NCBI GenBank assembly: GCA_030145305.1
Contig: JAQYVX010000001.1
Coordinates: 299,357 to 329,356 of the forward strand
DNA: 30,000 nucleotides
Direction of reading: 5' to 3'
From: Halarcobacter sp.
GTDB lineage: Bacteria > Campylobacterota > Campylobacteria > Campylobacterales > Arcobacteraceae
Part shown: one piece after another, positions 24,279 to 30,000 of the stretch
How the letters are laid out: each line of letters opens with the position of its first letter
How positions within the stretch are numbered: position 1 is the stretch's first letter
Notes under the pieces: generated by a model
What the model was told of the DNA's origin: nothing
Database searches by the model: none
What the model saw: the letters and a program-made list of their open reading frames with translations, nothing else
Position numbers and translations under genes: made by a program

Positions 24279-25315
24279 TAAATATCGCTTTCCATTTCAA
24301 TCCATTTTAGAGCAATTCTAACAGAGTTTGTAGCAGCTCCTACTCTAACTTGATCAGCCACATTAAAGAAATGAAGCATGTTTGGAGCATAAATATCTTT
24401 TCTAATTCTTCCTACAAAAGTAGTATCTGTATCAGTTGAGATAATAGGCATTGGATAAGCATTTTTATCTAAATCATCAATTACTTCTACATTTTCAAAT
24501 CTTTCTAATGCTTCTGTAACTTCATCTATATCTACATCAACACTATCTTCAAATGTAACAGTTATAGATTCACTATGCGATCTTAAAACTGGAACTCTAA
24601 CACAAGTTGCAGCTACTTGAATTTCTTTATGCAAGATTTTTTGAGTTTCAAGTACCATTTTCATCTCTTCTTTTGTGAAAAGGTTTTCTTGTTTAACATC
24701 AATTTGAGGAATAACATTATTTACAATTTGATGTGCAAAAGCTTCAATTTTTGATTCATCTAATTTAAAAGTTAACATATCTTGCATTTGTCTAACAAGT
24801 TCTTCCATACCAGCTTTCCCAGCACCTGAAACAGCTTGATAAGTTGAAACATCAACTCTTTTAATTCCATATAATTCATCAAGTGGTTTAAGTGATAAAA
24901 CCATTTGAATTGTTGAACAATTTGGGTTTGCTATAATTCCAGTTTCTCTCCATAAAGAAATATCATCAGGATTAACCTCAGGAACTACTAAAGGTACATT
25001 TGCATCCATTCTAAAGTGACTTGTATTATCAATTACAACGGCACCAGCTTCAACAGCAAATTTTGCAAACTTTTCAGAAATTGAACCCCCTGCACTAAAA
25101 AATGCAATTTCAATTTCATTTTCTTCAAAACAAGTTTCAGTTAATTCTAAAACTTTAATCTCTTTTCCTGCAAATTCAACTTTACTTCCTGCACTTCTTG
25201 CACTAGCAAGTGGTATTAATTTATTAATAGGGAAATTATATGCCTCTAAAACTCTAAATAGTTCTTCCCCAACAGCACCAGTTGCCCCTACAACTGCAAC
25301 ATTAAATTTTCTCAT
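24278..25315 (-). CDS. asd: Aspartate-semialdehyde dehydrogenase
   Basis: VAVVGATGAVGEE, IANPNCSTIQM (active-site Cys) and YQAVSGAG. Confidence 0.92.
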   Translation of the reverse strand: MRKFNVAVVGATGAVGEELFRVLEAYNFPINKLIPLASARSAGSKVEFAGKEIKVLELTETCFEENEIEIAFFSAGGSISEKFAKFAVEAGAVVIDNTSHFRMDANVPLVVPEVNPDDISLWRETGIIANPNCSTIQMVLSLKPLDELYGIKRVDVSTYQAVSGAGKAGMEELVRQMQDMLTFKLDESKIEAFAHQIVNNVIPQIDVKQENLFTKEEMKMVLETQKILHKEIQVAATCVRVPVLRSHSESITVTFEDSVDVDIDEVTEALERFENVEVIDDLDKNAYPMPIISTDTDTTFVGRIRKDIYAPNMLHFFNVADQVRVGAATNSVRIALKWIEMESDI

Positions 25316-25318
25316 TTT

Positions 25319-27928
25319 TTAATCTTCCCCTTTTTTTTCTAAATCATCAATTAAAGATGGTGTATGATTAACATCCAACTCTAAACCTGCATTTACATCT
25401 GAATTTGCTAAATCTATTTTTTCAGTTGGAATAATCTCTCCATCTTCTGTATATCTTATAACATTTCCATGTTCATCTACTTCAATTTCTTCTGCCTCTT
25501 TTGGACATTTTGCAATTGAAACTACTTTATCTTTTGCATCTACATTTACAATTATTACACCAGAAGTATTTCTTCCAGCTTTTCTAATAGTTTGCATATC
25601 AACTCTAATCATTTTTCCTATTGAAGTTAAAATCATTAGATCTTGTGCTTCATCAACTAGTACAGCACCTACAACACTTCCAGTTTTTGTGCTTAATTTC
25701 ATTGAAATTACACCTGAACCTGCTCTATTCGTTTCTCTATATTCTTCTACAGTTGTTCGTTTTCCAATACCTTTTTCAGATACTGTTAATAATTCTTGTT
25801 CGATATTATCAACTACGTTTGCATCAACTACAAAGTCAGAATCAAGTTTAAACTTAATACCTCTAACCCCTCTAGTACTTCTTCCTTGTTCTCGTGTTTT
25901 CTCAATATCAAATCTAATACACTGCCCCAAGCTTGTAAATATCATTAAGTATTGTGAATTAACATTTGTAATTTTAGCTGTTACAATTTCATCTGCCTCA
26001 TCTAAAACAATAGCTCTTACACCATTTGATCTAATATTTGAGAACTCAGATAATGATGTTCTTTTTACAACACCATTTCTTGTAAAGAATGCTAAAGATT
26101 TTGATTCATCAAAATCAGTTGTTGGAATAATTTCCATAATTTTTTCATCAGGTCTTAAGTTGATTAAATTTACAACCGCTTTACCTTTAGCTGTTCTACT
26201 TCCTTCAGGAATTCTATAAACTTTCAACCAGTATAATTGTCCCATATTTGTAACAAACATCAAGGTATCATGGGTATTAGTCACAAAGAATCTTTCAATA
26301 AAGTCATCATCATGAGTAGTAACAGCAACTTTACCTTTTCCACCACGTCTTTGTTTTTCGTATGATTTAATTGGAACTCTTTTTACATAACCATTATGAG
26401 TAATAGTAACTACCATTGGTTCATTTGGAATTAAATCCTCAATATCAATATCATCATAAGAATCTTCAATATCAGTTAATCTTGGAGATGAATATTTTTC
26501 TTTAATTTCAAGAAGCTCTTCTTTTATAATTTCATTTAATCTTTCTTCAGATTTTAGAATTTCTTCAAGCTCTGCAATAATTATTAATAACTCTTGATAT
26601 TCAGCTTCTAATTTATCTCTTTGAAGACCTGTTAATCTTCCAAGTCTCATATCTAAAATAGCTTGTGATTGAATGATACTTAAGCCAAATCTACTTTGTA
26701 AATTCTCTTTAGCTTCAGCATCATTAGAACTTGCTCTAATAATTTTTACTACTTCATCAATATTATCTAAGGCAATTTTTAAACCTTCTAAAATATGAGC
26801 TCTAGCTTTTGCTTTTTCTAATTCAAAAATAGTTCTTCTAATAATTACTGTTTTTCTATGTGATAAGAAAACATTCAAAATCTCAGGTAATTTAAATATC
26901 TTTGGTTCTTTATTATGAACTGCTAAAAGAATAATTCCAAAAGTAGTTTCCATTGGAGTTGATTTGTAAAGATTATTCATTACAATTTCACTCATGGCAT
27001 CTTTTTTAAGTTCTATAACAACTCTAATTCCATCTCTATCTGATTCATCTCTAACTTCTGAGATTCCTTCAATAGCTTTATCTTTTGCTAAGTTTGCAAT
27101 TTGCTCTATTAATCTTGATTTATTAACTTGGTAAGGAAGTTCATCTAATACGATTACTTCTTTTTTACCTTTTGTTTCAATATGATGTTTTGATCTAATT
27201 TTAACTCTACCACGACCTGTGTTATAAGCATCAATTATTCCACGTCTACCAAAAATAGTTCCACCTGTTGGGAAATCTGGCCCTTGAATAAACTCCATCA
27301 ACTCATCAGCTGTTGCTTCAGGATTATCAATTGTATGTAAAATAGCTTCTAATAATTCACCTAAGTTATGTGGTGGGATTTTTGTAGCCATACCAACAGC
27401 AATACCTTCAGAACCATTCATAAGAAGTGTTGGAACACGAGTAGGAAGAACCGATGGTTCTTTTAACGTATCATCGTAGTTTTGAGTAAAGTTTACAGTA
27501 TCTTTATCAATATCTTTTAAAATCTCTTCAGAAATTTTAGTAAATCTTGACTCAGTATATCTCATAGCCGCAGCGTTATCTCCATCAACAGAACCAAAGT
27601 TTCCTTGTCCGTCAATTAAAGGCTCTCGCATAGAGAAACTTTGTGCCATTCTAACTAGAGCATCATAAACTGAAGTATCACCATGTGGGTGATATTTACC
27701 AATTACATCACCAACAATTCTTGCTGATTTTTTATATGGTGCACGTGCAGTCATATTTAAATCATGCATTGCGAATAAAATTCTTCTATGAACAGGCTTT
27801 AAACCATCTTTTGCATCAGGTAATGCACGCCCTATAATTACACTCATTGAATAATCTAAATATGAAGCTTTTATACTATCTTCAATATTAATATCTATGA
27901 TATCTTGATTCTCGAAAAGGTTTTCCAT
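25319..27928 (-). CDS. gyrA: DNA gyrase subunit A
   Basis: [11 protein letters not shown], the [29 protein letters not shown] (catalytic Tyr), C-terminal beta-pinwheel repeats and an acidic tail. Confidence 0.97.
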   Translation of the reverse strand: MENLFENQDIIDINIEDSIKASYLDYSMSVIIGRALPDAKDGLKPVHRRILFAMHDLNMTARAPYKKSARIVGDVIGKYHPHGDTSVYDALVRMAQSFSMREPLIDGQGNFGSVDGDNAAAMRYTESRFTKISEEILKDIDKDTVNFTQNYDDTLKEPSVLPTRVPTLLMNGSEGIAVGMATKIPPHNLGELLEAILHTIDNPEATADELMEFIQGPDFPTGGTIFGRRGIIDAYNTGRGRVKIRSKHHIETKGKKEVIVLDELPYQVNKSRLIEQIANLAKDKAIEGISEVRDESDRDGIRVVIELKKDAMSEIVMNNLYKSTPMETTFGIILLAVHNKEPKIFKLPEILNVFLSHRKTVIIRRTIFELEKAKARAHILEGLKIALDNIDEVVKIIRASSNDAEAKENLQSRFGLSIIQSQAILDMRLGRLTGLQRDKLEAEYQELLIIIAELEEILKSEERLNEIIKEELLEIKEKYSSPRLTDIEDSYDDIDIEDLIPNEPMVVTITHNGYVKRVPIKSYEKQRRGGKGKVAVTTHDDDFIERFFVTNTHDTLMFVTNMGQLYWLKVYRIPEGSRTAKGKAVVNLINLRPDEKIMEIIPTTDFDESKSLAFFTRNGVVKRTSLSEFSNIRSNGVRAIVLDEADEIVTAKITNVNSQYLMIFTSLGQCIRFDIEKTREQGRSTRGVRGIKFKLDSDFVVDANVVDNIEQELLTVSEKGIGKRTTVEEYRETNRAGSGVISMKLSTKTGSVVGAVLVDEAQDLMILTSIGKMIRVDMQTIRKAGRNTSGVIIVNVDAKDKVVSIAKCPKEAEEIEVDEHGNVIRYTEDGEIIPTEKIDLANSDVNAGLELDVNHTPSLIDDLEKKGED

Positions 27929-28000
27929 TAAAAAATGCCTTTATAATAAAATTTAGGTATTTTATCTAAAAAAGACTTAGTAACTGGTGTTTCTAAGCAA

Positions 28001-28037
28001 AAAAAAAGGATGAAAGTTAAAAAACTCTCATCCTTTT
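28001..28037 (-). terminator. Rho-independent terminator after the DUF465 gene
   Basis: The minus strand reads AAAGGATGA-(14 nt)-TCATCCTTT followed by a T-run (plus-strand A8 at 28001-28007). Confidence 0.55.
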
Positions 28038-28056
28038 TTATAAACAATTTTAAATA

Positions 28057-28278
28057 CTATAAATTGTTGTCTTTTTTATATTTGATAATCATATTATGAA
28101 CATCATCTTTTAGTTTTAACTTCTCTTTTTTCTTCGTTTCAATTTCAATCTTATCTACATGATTTTTTTCCATTTGGATAATCAGTTCGTCTAATTCATT
28201 GTGTTTTTCAAATAATGACACAAAGTGTCCATCATTTTGTTTTAATTGTGTAATAATATCTCTATATTCGTGAAACAT
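28057..28278 (-). CDS. DUF465 (YdcH-like) small coiled-coil protein
   Basis: 73 aa. MFHEYRDIITQLKQNDGHFVSLFEKHNELDELI matches the DUF465 pattern. Confidence 0.7.
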   Translation of the reverse strand: MFHEYRDIITQLKQNDGHFVSLFEKHNELDELIIQMEKNHVDKIEIETKKKEKLKLKDDVHNMIIKYKKDNNL

Positions 28279-28364
28279 AAGTCTTCCTTTAATCGAATTT
28301 TGTAAGTAAATTATATCAATGAAAGGCTTAATAGTTTGTAAAAATTATTTTTTACTGATTATCT

Positions 28365-29546
28365 TTATGTTCGATAATCAGCATTAATTTCTACATACTC
28401 ATAACCCAAGTCACAACCGTATGCAGTAAATTTTCCTTCACCTAATCCAATATCACAGATTACTTTATATTTATCATTTCTTAGCACGTTTGAAGCTTTT
28501 TCTTCTTGAGCTTTGTCAAAAGAGATTTCTCCATGTTTGAAGACTACAACATCATTGTATGATATTGTAAGTCTATTTTCATCACATTGAATTCTACTAG
28601 CTCCAATAGTTGAAGCAATACGTCCAAAGTTTGGATCCTCACCATAAAGTGCTGTTTTTACTAAAAGTGAATTTGAAAGAGCTTTTGCAGCTGTTTGGGC
28701 TTCTTCATTTGAAGTAGCATTTATTACTTCAAAGGCAACTGCTTTTTTTGCACCTTCTCCATCTGCTACTATTAACATAGCCATATCATGCATTACAAGT
28801 CGTAAAGCTTCTTTAAAGGCCTCTTTATCATATGCTTTTGATTTTTTATTAGAAAGTAATAAAACAGTATCATTAGTTGATGTATCACCATCAACAGAAA
28901 TAGCATTAAAGGTTGTACTAGAATTAAGTTCTAATAACTCTTTCATATCTTCTTTTGGAACAGCAGCATCGGTACAGATAAAACAAAGCATTGTTGCAAG
29001 ATTTGGATTTATCATTCCAGCACCTTTTGCAACTGAACCTATTCTAAAAGAGCTTCCATCTTCAAGTTTTACTTCATATAATGCGGTTTTAGCATAAGCA
29101 TCTGTTGTCATAATTGCTTTTGATAGATTTTCACCATTTTTTACATTTAAATCAAAAGAGTTTGCACCATCAATTATTTTTTGCATAGGCAAAGGATTCC
29201 CTATAACTCCTGTGCTACTCATAATTGGGTTAACAGTTTTAAAATTTAATGAAGAGAAAATAGTATTTATATCTTCAATTCCTTTTTGCCCTGTTAAAGC
29301 ATTTGCATTTTTTGAATTTATTAATACAAAATTTGTTTGAAAGTTTTTATCATAAATTTTATAATGTCTAAGAGGAGCTGCTTGAAATTTATTTAATGTA
29401 AAAATAGCTTCCACATCACATAAAACATCACTATAAATAAATCCTAAATCTAATTTTTCATTTGATTTTAAACCAGCATGAATTCCATCACAATAAAATC
29501 CATCAACTTGGTCTATAAAACCTTTTATAGGTAAAATTGTAAACAT
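28365..29546 (-). CDS. argJ: Bifunctional ornithine acetyltransferase / N-acetylglutamate synthase
   Basis: KGAGMINPNLATMLCFICTDA contains the autocleavage T in ATML. Also ISVDGDTSTNDT and a C-terminal YVEINADYRT. Confidence 0.93.
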   Translation of the reverse strand: MFTILPIKGFIDQVDGFYCDGIHAGLKSNEKLDLGFIYSDVLCDVEAIFTLNKFQAAPLRHYKIYDKNFQTNFVLINSKNANALTGQKGIEDINTIFSSLNFKTVNPIMSSTGVIGNPLPMQKIIDGANSFDLNVKNGENLSKAIMTTDAYAKTALYEVKLEDGSSFRIGSVAKGAGMINPNLATMLCFICTDAAVPKEDMKELLELNSSTTFNAISVDGDTSTNDTVLLLSNKKSKAYDKEAFKEALRLVMHDMAMLIVADGEGAKKAVAFEVINATSNEEAQTAAKALSNSLLVKTALYGEDPNFGRIASTIGASRIQCDENRLTISYNDVVVFKHGEISFDKAQEEKASNVLRNDKYKVICDIGLGEGKFTAYGCDLGYEYVEINADYRT

Positions 29547-29591
29547 GTCATATATTCCTTAAAATAGTCCCTTTATAGGGATTTTTTCATT

Positions 29592-30000
29592 TTATAAATC
29601 TTCTGGTTTTTCTTTTAAAGATATCATTTTTTTAGCTTTTGCAATACCTTTTTGACTTCCTACTAATAAAAGTTTTGAGCCAACGGTTATTTTTACTGAG
29701 CCTTTTGGCATTTGAATAAATCTTCCCCTAGCTTCAGTAATCCCAATTATTGAAACTTTTAATCTATCTCTTAAATGTAAACTCCTAATCTCTTTATCAA
29801 CAGCCCAAGAATCTTCATTTACGAAAGCTTCTTCCATATCTATTGGAGTATCAGGTTTATATAAAAACTCATCTAAAACATTTTCCATATCAGGCCTTAT
29901 GGCCATAGCTGAAACTCTTTTTGCCATAAGTGATGGAGTAGCTACAACTTTATCTGCACCAAGTTTTTTAAGTCTAATTTTTTCATTTTGAGTTTCTGCA
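29592..30000 (-). CDS. RCK/TrkA-C domain K+ transport or channel protein, 5' part outside the window
   Basis: The frame stays open upstream of the first Met (29927) to the window edge (...LGADKVVATPSLMAKRVSAMAIRP). The C-terminal TrkA-C-like region reads VSIIGITEARGRFIQMPKGSVKITVGSKLLLVGS. Confidence 0.65.
   Translation of the reverse strand, partial: AETQNEKIRLKKLGADKVVATPSLMAKRVSAMAIRPDMENVLDEFLYKPDTPIDMEEAFVNEDSWAVDKEIRSLHLRDRLKVSIIGITEARGRFIQMPKGSVKITVGSKLLLVGSQKGIAKAKKMISLKEKPEDL

Noticed and set aside
22889-26219. Plus-strand ORFs inside hemE (22889-23086, 22996-23208, 23367-23573) and gyrA (25621-25851, 25689-26219)
   Set aside because: They are antisense to highly conserved housekeeping genes and have no start-site signals.
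29568-29581. Hairpin TCCCT-ttat-AGGGA after the RCK-domain gene, considered as a terminator
   Set aside because: It has only a 5-bp stem and a weak, interrupted U-run on the minus strand. It is too marginal to annotate.
1-30000. CRISPR arrays, rRNA genes, prophage or toxin-antitoxin/defence modules
   Set aside because: No regularly spaced direct repeats, no rRNA-like sequence and no ORFs with nuclease, methyltransferase or phage hallmarks were recognised. All ORFs longer than 100 aa are accounted for by metabolic or housekeeping assignments.

Overview
AT-rich bacterial chromosome, most likely an Arcobacter-like member of the Campylobacterota. This is inferred from composition, gene content and a GyrA QRDR reading HPHGDT(85)SVYDAL. 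No rRNA, CRISPR array, transposase, integrase or phage genes are visible. Housekeeping genes sit at both ends: a DUF4130 DNA-metabolism protein, an EF-hand protein, a GH3 NagZ-like hydrolase, an MBL hydrolase and panD on the left; panE, 2x tRNA-Asn, hemE, yqhA, asd, gyrA, DUF465, argJ and an RCK-domain fragment on the right. The middle ~18 kb (3.5-21.2 kb) is a carnitine/crotonobetaine-type (cai/fix) CoA- and flavin-dependent locus with unusual composition. It contains caiT-caiA-caiB-caiC, followed by a MaoC/hydratase-2 double hot-dog protein where the crotonase CaiD would be expected. After that come a 41-aa membrane peptide missed by the ORF track, a Na+/solute symporter and a TetR regulator. 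The second half carries ribB(A), a porin, fixABCX-caiE and a ribA-SGNH esterase operon. The strongest signal is regulatory. A perfect palindrome, AATCATGATT (with AATCRYGATT variants), sits on or just downstream of TTGACA-N17/18-TATAAT-type promoters for caiT, the porin, fixA, ribA and ribB. It is absent from the consensus tRNA-Asn promoter. This suggests one repressor-controlled regulon coupling quaternary-amine respiration, outer-membrane uptake and riboflavin supply. All functional calls rest on motif recognition and remembered homology; no alignments or searches were run.
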